From the NCBI GenBank assembly GCA_043781235.1, contig JAYWBT010000174.1, positions 113-64,112 on the forward strand: a stretch of 64,000 nucleotides of DNA, given 5' to 3'. Under the pieces are notes generated by a model, which was given only the letters and a program-made list of their open reading frames with translations, made no database searches and was not told where the DNA came from. The DNA is from Deltaproteobacteria bacterium (lineage in GTDB: Bacteria > Myxococcota > Myxococcia > Myxococcales > 40CM-4-68-19). Positions 9,364 to 20,942 of this stretch are shown here, one piece after another (the first letter of the stretch is position 1; each line of letters starts with the position of its first letter). Made by a program: the position numbers and the translations under genes.

Positions 9364-11889
9364 TTATTTTCCGAATAAACCCTTGAGCCGGTTCGCCGCC
9401 TCGTCCTGGATCTTCTGCGCGCGCTGCTGCGCCTGCTGCTCGATCTGCGCCTTCTTCTGATCGAGGTTGTCGACGCCGAGCGCCTTGCCGAGCAGGCTCG
9501 CTCCGGCTTCCTTCATGATCTGCGCGATCGCCGGCTTCAGGTCCAGCTCCTGCACCTGCGGGCTCCACGCCGGCCCGGTCAGCCGCACGCTGAAGGGAAT
9601 GTTCTGCTGCACCTTCACGCGGCCGGCGGTGATCTGCGAGACGGTCGCGGGCGTCAGCTCGATCTTTCCCGGCAGGTCGAGCATGCCGTCGAGGTGGATG
9701 CCGCCGGTGAAGCTCATCACCGCCTCAGGCCGCGTCACCGAGATGGGCTTCGACAGCTCGGCTACACCATTGGCGAAGCGGATGCCCATCGGCAGATCGT
9801 GGCCCAGCGTGGTCGTCCCGCCTTCGGTCACCTTGCCGCCGAGCTGCGCGGGCAGCGCCTTCACCAGCGGTCCCGTCACCGAAGCGATCAGGTCCTTGCC
9901 GAAGAAGTTGCCCTCGAGAACGTGGCCGTCGAGCTGACCCGCGAGCGTCTTGAGCAGCTCGGCCTTGAGCTGCCCCCCGCCCTTGAGGTCGAGGTCGCCG
10001 TTGAACTTGCCGGAGAGGAGCTTGTGCGGCGTGAAGAGCGCGACCGCGTTTTGCAGCTCGATGTCCTTGAGGCGCGTCACCACGTGGAAGGGCTCCTGCG
10101 GATGCGCGAGCTTCAGCTCGGTGCCACTGGCGTCGGCGCTGCCGCCGAACGCGGTGAGCTGCGCCTTGGTCACCTTGACGTCGTCGTCCTTCATCACCAC
10201 CTCGGCGACGATGTTGGTCATCACCTGCTTCGACATCGTCAGCTTGTCGATGCGCACGCTGGCATGGCCGTCGATTCCCTCGAACGTCTTCGGATCGAGC
10301 GGCGGCTTGTCCTGCTTCGGCTTCGACGGCAAGAGCAGCTTGTCGAGATCGAGGTGCGAGCTCGCCAGAGCCAGATCGAACTTCTTCTTGCCGCCGGAGA
10401 GGTCGGCGCTGCCGTGTCCCTCCAGCTCGCCATCGAGGAGGTGCAGCTTCAGATCCGCGATCTCGAGCTTCTCTCCCACGCGCGCTCCGCTGACCGACAG
10501 GTCGAGCCGCTGCCCCGGCCCCTTGTCCACCGACTCGCCCGGCCGCAGATCGACGCCGGCGAGATCGGCCGCCAGGTCGAACCGGATCGGCCCGTTGCTC
10601 GCCGCCGCGCCCCGCAGGTGCGCGACCAGCGTCAGCACGCCGCCGGTCGCCTTGGTCAGCACCGCGGGCAAGCTCAGCCGTGCATAGGTGAGATCGACGC
10701 GCAGCTCGAGCGCCTGCGCTTCCTTTCCGCCGGAGCCCTTGACCGAGAGGCCGATGGGCCCCGCGATCTTGCTCCCCAGCGTTTTCTTCAGCGGCGGGTA
10801 GTACGCCGCGAGCCTGGCCGGATCGAGATCGTGGCTCACGATCTCGAGCCCCTCGATCTGCGGCGCCGCGGTGTTGATGCCGTGCGCGCGGCCGGTCCCG
10901 CTGATGCCCGCGGGCCCCAGGTCGAGCCGCAGCTTGTCGATGGCGAGGTCGCCCTTGTCCGCGTCGCCCTTCACGTCGGCGTCGAGCACCACGTCAAGCG
11001 CCTTGCCGCCCTCGGCGCCGGCGAAGCGCAGGCCGAGCGCGTGCACGGCGCCCTTCACGCTGGTGGGGCCACTGCCACCGGGCACCGCGCCGCCAAGCTG
11101 CATGTCGAAGTCCGCGTCGAGCTTGCCCGCCTCGAGCCCGACCTGCTTGCCGAGGAAGGGCCCGAGGGGCGCGAGATCGATGGGTTGCACCTTCAGCGTC
11201 AGCGAGGTGGGCGTCGGCGTCAGCGTCTTCGGCAGTGGCTCCGCCTTGAGGTGCAGCTCGAAGTTCTGCTGCGCGGCCAGCACCGCCGCCTTGACCGTCA
11301 ACTGGAGCGGACTTCCTGCGCGCAGGTCGTCCACGGTCACGTCGAGGTGATCGATGGCGAGGTCCTTCTCCGGCCCGCCGCTCTTGTCGAGCAGCGCCAC
11401 CCGACCCTCGCGCAACGCGAGGTGATCGACGCGCAGGAAAGAGAGATCGGACGGCTCCTGCTTCGGCTCCGCAGCCCCCGGCGCCGCCTGGGACGCGATC
11501 TTCTTTTGCAGCCGCTCGAGGTTGGTGGTGCCGTCGGGCAGGCGGACGAGGTTGACGGTGAGGCCGTCGATCACCGCCGAGCGCACGTCCACGTCCTTGC
11601 CGCGGGAGAAGGCGGCCTTGAGCAGGGCCAACTTCACCTCGAGGCGCTTGACCTGTGCGAGAGGGACGCCTTCGCCCTCGCCCGCGCCAATCTCCACCTC
11701 CTCCACCTTGACGCCGAGGCCGGTGAGGAGCTTGACCGACACCGACCCGATCGAGATCGGCCGGCCCCACTCCTTCGAGAGCGTATCTGCCTGCTCGCGC
11801 GCCTGCTTGGTCGCGACCTGATCGATGACCAGCAGCAGCGCGAAGAGGAGGACGGCGATGCCCGCGAGGACGATGCCGATTTTCTTCAT
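9364..11889 (-). CDS. AsmA-family (bridge-like lipid transfer) protein
   Basis: N-terminal TM anchor MKKIGIVLAG..., long beta-rich body, LDLDKLL and C-terminal IPFSVRLTGPAWSP; ATG 11889 preferred. Confidence 0.8.
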   Translation of the reverse strand: MKKIGIVLAGIAVLLFALLLVIDQVATKQAREQADTLSKEWGRPISIGSVSVKLLTGLGVKVEEVEIGAGEGEGVPLAQVKRLEVKLALLKAAFSRGKDVDVRSAVIDGLTVNLVRLPDGTTNLERLQKKIASQAAPGAAEPKQEPSDLSFLRVDHLALREGRVALLDKSGGPEKDLAIDHLDVTVDDLRAGSPLQLTVKAAVLAAQQNFELHLKAEPLPKTLTPTPTSLTLKVQPIDLAPLGPFLGKQVGLEAGKLDADFDMQLGGAVPGGSGPTSVKGAVHALGLRFAGAEGGKALDVVLDADVKGDADKGDLAIDKLRLDLGPAGISGTGRAHGINTAAPQIEGLEIVSHDLDPARLAAYYPPLKKTLGSKIAGPIGLSVKGSGGKEAQALELRVDLTYARLSLPAVLTKATGGVLTLVAHLRGAAASNGPIRFDLAADLAGVDLRPGESVDKGPGQRLDLSVSGARVGEKLEIADLKLHLLDGELEGHGSADLSGGKKKFDLALASSHLDLDKLLLPSKPKQDKPPLDPKTFEGIDGHASVRIDKLTMSKQVMTNIVAEVVMKDDDVKVTKAQLTAFGGSADASGTELKLAHPQEPFHVVTRLKDIELQNAVALFTPHKLLSGKFNGDLDLKGGGQLKAELLKTLAGQLDGHVLEGNFFGKDLIASVTGPLVKALPAQLGGKVTEGGTTTLGHDLPMGIRFANGVAELSKPISVTRPEAVMSFTGGIHLDGMLDLPGKIELTPATVSQITAGRVKVQQNIPFSVRLTGPAWSPQVQELDLKPAIAQIMKEAGASLLGKALGVDNLDQKKAQIEQQAQQRAQKIQDEAANRLKGLFGK

Positions 11890-11988
11890 GGCGCGGAACC
11901 TAGGCCACTCGCGCGGCGATGTCAGCCGTCTGCCGCCGAATCTGCCCGGTGGAGGAAAGAGGACGCGGGGCAATCGGCTCGCATCGCC

Positions 11989-13050
11989 TCAGCTCTGCCG
12001 GCGGGCGCCCGCGAGCTGCCCACAGGCGCCGCCGATGGACTGGCCGTGCGGCATCCGCAGCAGCGCGCGCACGCCCTGATCGGCGAGACGCTTCTGGAAG
12101 GCGCGGCAGCGCTCGAGCGGCGGGGCGCGCTGGGCGGCGACCGGCCCCGGGTTCAGCGGAATGAGGTTCACCCGCGCGCCCTCGAGGCCAGCAGCAAACC
12201 GCGCCAGTAAATCCGCGTCCCGGTCGGAGTCGTTCTGGCCTTCGATCAACGTCCACTGGAGCAACACCGGCCGCGGGGACCGGGCGATGGCGGCGCGCAG
12301 CTCCTCGAGCGGCCACTTGCCCGCCACCGGCAGGAGCGCGCGGCGCGTCGCGGGCTCGATCGCGTGCAGGCTGACCGCGACGTTTGCGCGGGTGCGCGCG
12401 TAGAGCTCGTCCAGCTTCGGCACGATGCCGACCGTGCTCACGGTGACGCGCCGCTCGGGCACGGCGAAGCCCGACGGATCGGTGAGGACCTCGATGGCCC
12501 GCAGCACCTGGTCGAGGTTGTCGAGCGGCTCGCCCATCCCCATGAAGACGACGTTGCCGGGCGCGTCGCCGAGGGCCCGCGCGGCGCCCGCGTTTGCGGC
12601 CGCGAGGTGCCGCGCGGCGATCGCGTACTGCACCACGATCTCCGCGGCGGTGAGGTTGCGCCGCAGGCCCAGGCGCCCGGTCTCGCAGAAGCTGCAGCCG
12701 CGCGCGCAGCCGACCTGCGAGGAGACGCAGATGGTGACGCGCGCGCGCCTGCGCGTGTCGCTCTCGGGCTGGTGGATGAGCACGGTCTCGATCAGCGCAC
12801 CGTCCTCGAGGGTGACCGCGAAGCGCACCGTGCCGTCTGGATCGCGCACGGCCTCGGCCTGCGGCAGCGCCTGGTCGAACTCCGTCGCGGCGTCGAGCAG
12901 CGCCTGCGACGGCCGCGCTTCGCTCGCACGGCCAGCGCAGCGTGCTACCAGCGCGCGCCCCAGCGCCTTCGCTGCGCCCTCGCTGGCGCCGCGCTCGCGC
13001 GCCCATCCCTCCAGCGCCGCCCGCGTCTGTCCTGCGAGATGCATGCGCAC
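11989..13050 (-). CDS. rlmN: RlmN/Cfr-family radical SAM RNA methyltransferase
   Basis: TICVSSQVGCARGCSFC, VFMGMGEP, VSTVG, SLHA, NLIPLN, GACGQL; may be a paralog. Confidence 0.85.
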   Translation of the reverse strand: MRMHLAGQTRAALEGWARERGASEGAAKALGRALVARCAGRASEARPSQALLDAATEFDQALPQAEAVRDPDGTVRFAVTLEDGALIETVLIHQPESDTRRRARVTICVSSQVGCARGCSFCETGRLGLRRNLTAAEIVVQYAIAARHLAAANAGAARALGDAPGNVVFMGMGEPLDNLDQVLRAIEVLTDPSGFAVPERRVTVSTVGIVPKLDELYARTRANVAVSLHAIEPATRRALLPVAGKWPLEELRAAIARSPRPVLLQWTLIEGQNDSDRDADLLARFAAGLEGARVNLIPLNPGPVAAQRAPPLERCRAFQKRLADQGVRALLRMPHGQSIGGACGQLAGARRQS

Positions 13051-13264
13051 GATCTACTCTGCCCTGGCGCCGCCCGCGCGGTCGAATCGCCCTTCCCGCA
13101 AAGCGGAAGCGGAAGCGGAGCAGCTCGGGGCGCCCGCGCCGTCCCGGACTCCGTCGGTGCGGCCGTCCGCGTACGGCTCATGGCTTGCCTCCCGCCAGCG
13201 CCTTTGCGAGCGATCGGGTCATCGCGATTCCCTGCGGCAAGGGAGTGAGGGGTCGCGCGGCTCT

Positions 13265-13343
13265 CGTACGGAATGTACGTTTCGTGCCTCGGGCGAGCCT
13301 GTTTTCTCTCTCCTGGAACGTACGTTTCGTACGTTTCGTACGG
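13265..13343. repeat. intergenic array of CGTACG(TTT) repeats with 9-nt periodicity
   Basis: cgtacggaatgtacgtttcgtgc (13265-13287) and cgtacgtttcgtacgtttcgtacgg (13319-13343). Confidence 0.8.
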
Positions 13344-13418
13344 GTCCCGCCAGAGGGACGCGCCTCCCCTCGGCGAGGCTACGCGAAGGTGGCGGCGACC
13401 GACGGCAGCGGCCAGCGC

Positions 13419-14130
13419 TCAGCGCTCGTGCGTGCGCAGCGCGCGGTAGGCGCGGCTCTCGTGCCAGGCCGGGACGCCCGTGGGCCGTTCCTTCCAGAAG
13501 TTCACCACCAGCGTGATGCGCAAGCGACCGCGCGGGCCGGAGAGCGGGCGAGGCCCCGGCGCGCGACCCTCGGCGTCGAGCACGCCGTGCAGGAGATCGC
13601 CGTCGAAGATGGCGTAGCGGTTGCGGCGCGGCTTCACCGCCTGGAGCCGCGTGGCCTCGCGCAGGCCGGGTCGCTGATCGGTGATGGCGAGCTGCCCGCC
13701 GCGCACGGAGTTGAAGAAGAAGACGCTGGACAACAAAGGGTGCCGCACGCGCGCGCCCTTCACGTCCTCGTCGAAGTGGAAGTCAATCGGCAGCGCCGTC
13801 GTGAACGAGCGGCCGATCCACCACTCGGCGCCGCAGGTGTCGGCGACCGTTGCGCTGGTGCGGGTGCCATGCCCGGTGCGGCTTGCGGTCGTAGCCTGGG
13901 GCGCGCCCGCGATCTCAGCCAGCGCGAGCACGGCCTCCTCGATGGAGTGCGCGGGGGCGGCGCCGCGCGCCAGCCAGAAGGTGGTGAAGTAGCTCTCGCG
14001 CAGCCGCTCTTCACCGAGCCGCGCGATCTCTCTGCGCGCGCGCCGCACCAGCGCGTCAGGGAGCGCGCCGTCGACCACCCGCGCAAGCCCCGCTTGTGCC
14101 CCGCGCCTGCGATGTGGCAGATCGGCGCGA

Positions 14131-14138
<8 letters not shown>
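13419..14138 (-). CDS. putative 2OG-Fe(II) oxygenase-like protein
   Basis: HFD...H...R pattern (FHFDED, GDLLHGV, RITLVVNFW), GGQL; start uncertain, possibly GTG 14078. Confidence 0.6.
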
Positions 14139-16053
<1,915 letters not shown>

Positions 16054-16056
16054 CGG

Positions 16057-17430
16057 CTACCTCTCGGCGCCGCGCAGCCCCAGCAGGTCGAGCTTGCGGA
16101 TCAGGCTCGAGCGCGCGATGCCGAGCTCTTCCGACATGGCGCGGCGGTTGCCGCCCAGGCGCTCGTGCGCGGCGCGGATGGCCGCCTCCTCGAGCGACGC
16201 GAGCGTCCGGCCACGCAGGTCCAGCACCTCGGCGGCCTCCGGCACGGGAAGCGACGCGAGCGGCTCCATTGGGTAGTCGGCGGTGGCCTCCGCGCAGTGC
16301 GGTTGCCACGCCGGTCCGCCGTCGAAGCGGATGGAGCTCCCGCGGATGAGCGGCGAATCGCTGAGCAGCACCGCGAGATGCACGGTGTGCCGCAGCTCGC
16401 GCGCGTTGCCCGGCCACGGATGCGAGAGCAGCGCGGTCCGCGCATCTGGCGCGAAGCCGCGCTGGATGCCGTCGGAAGGGGACGAGAGGAAGTGCTCGGC
16501 GAGGGGCAGGATGTCGTGCGGCCGCTCGCGCAGGGGCGGCAGCACCAGGGTCACGCCGCGCAGCCGGTAGTAGAGGTCTTCGCGAAAGGCGCCGTCGCGG
16601 ACCCGCGCGCGCAGATCGTGGTGCGTGGCGCAGACGATGCGCACGTCGATGGTCCGCGCCCGCGGCGCGCCCACCGGCTTCACCTCTCCCGATTCGAGCG
16701 CGCGCAGGAGCTTCACTTGCAGCGAGAGCGGCAGATCGCCGATCTCGTCGAGGAAGAGCGTCCCGCCGTCGGCCGCGCCAAACGCGCCAGGAGCGCTGCA
16801 GACGGCGCCGGTGAACGAGCCCTTCTCGTGGCCGAACAGCTCCGCCTCGGCGAGCTCTTGCGCGATGGCGCCACAGTTCACCGCCACGAACGGCCCCTGC
16901 GCGCGCGGCGACAGGTCGTGCACGGCGCGCGCGGCCACCTCCTTGCCGGTGCCACTCTCGCCCAGGATGGTGACCGGCAGCATGGAGGGGGCCGCGCGCC
17001 GCAACAGCTCGAGCACCGGCGCGAGCGCGGGGTCGCGCGAGATCACGCCCGGCAGCGAGACCGGCTTGCGCAACAGCTCGCGATCGACGGCGAGCTGCTG
17101 GCCGCCCACCCGCAGCACCGAGCCCACGCTGAGCTCCGCCTCGGAGACCCGCATGCCGTCCACGCGCGTGCCGTTGGTCGAGCCCAGGTCGCACACGAAG
17201 AGGCGGCCGTCGCGCGGCTGGATCCGGCAGTGAAAGGAGGAGACGAAGCGATCGTCGAAGACGACGTCGTTGCCCGCGTGCGCGCCGACGGTCACCGGGT
17301 CGGGGCCCAGCGCGCAGCTCTGCCGCGCGCCCCAGCGCAGCACCAGTCCTTGGGGCGGCAGCGCCTCGGGCCGCCCGGCGGCGGTCACTCGCGACGGCAT
17401 CTCGTCCAGCACCAGGATCGCTTCGGCCAT
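16057..17430 (-). CDS. FHA-domain sigma54-dependent transcriptional activator
   Basis: FHA motifs ([13 protein letters not shown]), AAA+ ([22 protein letters not shown]) and Fis HTH. Confidence 0.93.
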   Translation of the reverse strand: MAEAILVLDEMPSRVTAAGRPEALPPQGLVLRWGARQSCALGPDPVTVGAHAGNDVVFDDRFVSSFHCRIQPRDGRLFVCDLGSTNGTRVDGMRVSEAELSVGSVLRVGGQQLAVDRELLRKPVSLPGVISRDPALAPVLELLRRAAPSMLPVTILGESGTGKEVAARAVHDLSPRAQGPFVAVNCGAIAQELAEAELFGHEKGSFTGAVCSAPGAFGAADGGTLFLDEIGDLPLSLQVKLLRALESGEVKPVGAPRARTIDVRIVCATHHDLRARVRDGAFREDLYYRLRGVTLVLPPLRERPHDILPLAEHFLSSPSDGIQRGFAPDARTALLSHPWPGNARELRHTVHLAVLLSDSPLIRGSSIRFDGGPAWQPHCAEATADYPMEPLASLPVPEAAEVLDLRGRTLASLEEAAIRAAHERLGGNRRAMSEELGIARSSLIRKLDLLGLRGAER

Positions 17431-17577
17431 GTCCGGTATCTCCCGCGAGGTCTGCAGTGATGGACGGCGCGGGCCGCCGCGCGCCGCCGCGTATCGGATC
17501 GTTGCCGATCTCCGTCAGCCGGCGGATGGGGCGAAGCGGGCGTTCGGCGGATCGAGCCGGCTGTGCGACGCGGGGCC

Positions 17578-19086
17578 TCAGCGGCATGCCTCGGTCAGGT
17601 CTTTGATCAGCGCGGCGACCGACGGCTCCGCGCCCAGCTCGGCGAAGAGGTCCGCCACTGAGGGCCGGCCGCCGCGGTTCCACATTCCCTGCAAAGGCAG
17701 GAGCGCGCGCGGGTTGCGCCAGAAGTCCTCGTCAAATTTCTCGCGCAGCGCCGCACGGATCTGTGAGGCGAGCGCGAGGCCGCGCAGCTCGGCCCAGGAA
17801 GACATCCACGGATCGATTTCGCGCAGCGCGAGCCCCGCCGGCAGGTCGGCGCCCGTCGCGCGCAGATAAAGGTCGCGCATCGTCTGCCCGGCGCGCGCGC
17901 CGAAGCCGGTCGCGTGCGCCTCGAGCGAGCCGAGCGTGCGCGCGGCGGCGAGGCGCGCGTCGAGCACGAAAGCGTAGGCGATGGCGCGCTCGTCGTCGCG
18001 ACGCAGGTCGGTGCGGGCGCAGCGCCGCAGCCACTCGGGCTCGCGCACCAGCGAAGCAAGCACGGCGCCGCAGGCGAACGGCAGCCCGGGATCGTCGAGC
18101 CACAGATCTTCCGGAGGCGCGTCGCCCGGCGGACCCGCGCGCAGCTGCGCGACCGACAGCGCGGCCAGGAGCTGCGCCAGCGCGCGCGGCCCCTCCTCGG
18201 GCGCGAGCACCACGCGGATCTCATCGGGCGGATCGATGGCCACCGCGCGGGCGCCGGCGGGCCGCAGCGGCGCGTCGTCGTCGTCGAGGCGGACGGCGCG
18301 CTGGGCGTCGAGATCGAGCCGCAGCATTTCGGCCCAGCGGCGGCAGGTGCGCCCCAGCTCGCCGCGCGGGAAGGCGCTCGCGCAGCGGGGCGCGTGCACC
18401 AGGTGCAGCAGGTCGTGGCGCTCGGCGCCGCGCTCCACCCCCGCGTTCCGCTCGAGCAGCCAGCGGCCCAGATCGTCCGCGATGGCGTCGGTGGCACTCA
18501 AGAGGTTCTCCGCCGCTGCGCGTGGCGCCGCGTCGCTCCACCCGCGTCGCTGCAACGCCACCGCGGCCACCTGCGGGTCGCCCAGCCGCAGCTCCCCGAG
18601 CGCCGTCTGCGCTGCGTCGAACACCGCACTGCGCGCCTGGTCCGAAGCAGAGACCGCCTCCGCGAGCGCGCGCTCCAGTTCGCCCCGCCGGCTCCTGTCG
18701 CGCAGCAACGGCAGCGCACGCTCGACCTGCACCGGCGGCAGCGCGCCGTGAAGTCCGGCGTCGCCGGGCGGCCGCACCGACGGGCGCCGCTCGAGCTCGA
18801 GCAGCTCCTGGGCGGCGCCGGGCTCGAGGCCCAGCGCTCGCGCGCACACGAGGAAGTCGCGCAGGCTCGACAGGCGCGCCGCGCGGCCCGGCTTGCCCTC
18901 CGAGCTCGCCAGCTCTTCGCAAGCCTGCGCCAGCCCATCGCCCGAGGTCGCGAGCCGGTGCTCGCGCGCGATTGAAGTCAGCGTCGCAGGAAGTGGCCCG
19001 CCCGTCGCGCGCGCCAGCTCGACGTGCGCGAGCGCCGCCGCAAGCGCGACGGCGGCGGTCCGCAACTCTTCCAGTTCCTGCAGCAC
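17578..19086 (-). CDS. M3-peptidase-like helical protein lacking HEXXH
   Basis: Recalled similarity of ARAVAIDPPDEIRV and LREKFDEDFWRNPRA to myxobacterial M3-like proteins; no HEXXH present. Confidence 0.55.
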   Translation of the reverse strand: MLQELEELRTAAVALAAALAHVELARATGGPLPATLTSIAREHRLATSGDGLAQACEELASSEGKPGRAARLSSLRDFLVCARALGLEPGAAQELLELERRPSVRPPGDAGLHGALPPVQVERALPLLRDRSRRGELERALAEAVSASDQARSAVFDAAQTALGELRLGDPQVAAVALQRRGWSDAAPRAAAENLLSATDAIADDLGRWLLERNAGVERGAERHDLLHLVHAPRCASAFPRGELGRTCRRWAEMLRLDLDAQRAVRLDDDDAPLRPAGARAVAIDPPDEIRVVLAPEEGPRALAQLLAALSVAQLRAGPPGDAPPEDLWLDDPGLPFACGAVLASLVREPEWLRRCARTDLRRDDERAIAYAFVLDARLAAARTLGSLEAHATGFGARAGQTMRDLYLRATGADLPAGLALREIDPWMSSWAELRGLALASQIRAALREKFDEDFWRNPRALLPLQGMWNRGGRPSVADLFAELGAEPSVAALIKDLTEACR

Positions 19087-19095
19087 GCGCCCTTG

Positions 19096-19692
19096 TTACT
19101 TGTTCAGCCGCGCCTCGCAAGCCCGGTAGTCGAGGTTCCGGAAATACGCCTCGATGTATTTCGCGCGCTCGGTCGGCTTGTAGTCAGGGACGAACGCGTG
19201 CTCCCAGCAGTCCATCACCACGATCGGCCGATAGCCTGCGGGGTGACCGTCGTTGTGCAGCTCGATCCAGCGATTGGTCATCATGCCGTTGCCCGGATCC
19301 TGGAACGCAACCGCCCAGCCGACCCCGCGCATGGCCGCAATGGCTTTGAAGTCGGTGAGCCAGGCCTCGGTCGAGCCGAACGATTGGATGAGCGCGCGGC
19401 CGAGCGGCGTGTCCTTCGCCAGCGGCTCCGGTTCGGGCGCGAGGTTGGCGAAGTAGAGCTCGTGCAGGATGACCCCGTCCGTCTCGAAGCCCAGCCGGCG
19501 GGTCAGCTCGGCATAGGCGAGGTTGGTCCCGGCTGCCTTTCCGGCCTTGGCCATTCCCTCGAGCTCCTCGATGATCAGGTTCGAGTTCTTGACGTAGCCC
19601 TGGTACAGCTTGAGGTGGTCCTGCAGGAGCGCATCGGAGATCCCCGAGAGTCCCTTGAGCTTCGGGAACTGTCTTGCTTCGTATCGTCTCAT
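19096..19692 (-). CDS. Fe/Mn superoxide dismutase family protein
   Basis: HLKLYQGYV, LHELYF, DCWEHAF metal-ligand motifs; ATG 19692. Confidence 0.9.
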   Translation of the reverse strand: MRRYEARQFPKLKGLSGISDALLQDHLKLYQGYVKNSNLIIEELEGMAKAGKAAGTNLAYAELTRRLGFETDGVILHELYFANLAPEPEPLAKDTPLGRALIQSFGSTEAWLTDFKAIAAMRGVGWAVAFQDPGNGMMTNRWIELHNDGHPAGYRPIVVMDCWEHAFVPDYKPTERAKYIEAYFRNLDYRACEARLNK

Positions 19693-19798
19693 GCAGCGAA
19701 CCTGAGCACGGTTGCGGCCATAGCAATGGGCTTTCGTTTGCGCTCGAATGAAAACGAAACTAAGGTGCGCGCCGACCGACCTGCCGAGGGAGCGCACG

Positions 19799-20581
19799 AT
19801 GGATCCGATTCTGACCGAGTGGCTGAACCTGATCTTCCGCTGGATCCACGTCGTCGCTGGCGTGATGTGGATTGGGCACCTCTGGTTTTTCAACTTCGTG
19901 AATTCGCAGGTCGCGAAGAGCTATACGCCCGAGGGCAAGAAGCAGGTCCTGCCTGAGCTCATGCCACGCGCGCTCTACTGGTTCCGCTGGGGCGCCGCGT
20001 ACACCTGGATCACCGGCATCCTGCTCCTCTTCCTCATCTACTGGATGGGCGGCGTAATGGCCGCCGAGTCGGCCGGCATGGGCCCGCACGCGCTCGGAGG
20101 CATCGGCCTGGTGGCCATCCTGGTCGGCTTCGCCATCTACGACTTCATGTGGAAGTCGATGAAGAACGAGATGGCCGGAGTGGTGATCTCGTGGGTGCTC
20201 ACCGCGCTCTTCGCGCTGGGCCTGGTCAAGCTCGGCATGTCCGGCCGCGCGGTCTTCATCCACGTCGGCGGGCTCTACGGCACCATCATGGCGGCCAACG
20301 TCTGGATGCGGATCTGGCCGGCGCAGCGCAAGATCATCGCCGGGGTCAAGGGCACCGCGCCGGCGCCTGATGCGTCCGTGGGGGCGATGGCGGGCCTGCG
20401 CTCCAAGCACAACACCTATATGAGCGTGCCGCTGATCCTCACCATGATCTCGAGCCACTTCCCCACCGTCTACGGCAACGAGTACGGATGGGCGATCCTG
20501 ATGGTGCTCATCGCCATCGGCTGGGCGGTCACCAGGTTCCTCTACAACAAGGCAGCGTCGGCGGCGCCAGCGCGGTATTAG
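19799..20581 (+). CDS. PuuD-like (urate hydroxylase/DUF989) membrane protein
   Basis: WLNLIFRWIHVVAGVMWIG, FRWGAAYTWITG, GTIMAANVW.RIWPAQRK, RSKHNTY, MISSHFP. Confidence 0.85.
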   Translation: MDPILTEWLNLIFRWIHVVAGVMWIGHLWFFNFVNSQVAKSYTPEGKKQVLPELMPRALYWFRWGAAYTWITGILLLFLIYWMGGVMAAESAGMGPHALGGIGLVAILVGFAIYDFMWKSMKNEMAGVVISWVLTALFALGLVKLGMSGRAVFIHVGGLYGTIMAANVWMRIWPAQRKIIAGVKGTAPAPDASVGAMAGLRSKHNTYMSVPLILTMISSHFPTVYGNEYGWAILMVLIAIGWAVTRFLYNKAASAAPARY

Positions 20582-20587
20582 GACACC

Positions 20588-20938
20588 ATGCAGAGCGTGA
20601 ACCTGATCACCGACGCCCGCTTCACCGACGACAAGCCCAACACGCTGCACGCGGTGAAGACCGATCAGCTGCTGATCGACGGCCTCTACCTCAAGCCGGG
20701 GCAGCGGACCGGCTGGCACAAGCAGCCCGACGCCGACCGCGCGTTCGTCTGCGTGCAGGGCACCGGCGAGCTGGTGCTGGAGACTGTCGCGGTGGGCAAC
20801 GAGCTGCGCATTCCCCTGGCAATCGGCGCGGTAGCGCTGGCGCCGCGCGGCGTCTTCCACGAGGTGGTCGCGGGCGCGCAGGGGATGGTCTGCTCGGCGC
20901 TGTCGAAGTTTCCGGTGCGGGTGATCGAAAAAGGTTGA
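20588..20938 (+). CDS. cupin domain protein
   Basis: LKPGQRTGWHKQ...VQGTGEL...PRGVFHEV. Confidence 0.8.
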   Translation: MQSVNLITDARFTDDKPNTLHAVKTDQLLIDGLYLKPGQRTGWHKQPDADRAFVCVQGTGELVLETVAVGNELRIPLAIGAVALAPRGVFHEVVAGAQGMVCSALSKFPVRVIEKG

Positions 20939-20942
20939 GCGC

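Noticed and set aside
11989-13050. Cfr antibiotic-resistance methylase or second RiPP enzyme
   Set aside because: Motifs fit a chromosomal RlmN-like protein; there is no mobile context, SPASM domain or precursor.
13265-13343. Possible CRISPR array
   Set aside because: Units are 9 nt and tandem, with no unique spacers and no cas genes.
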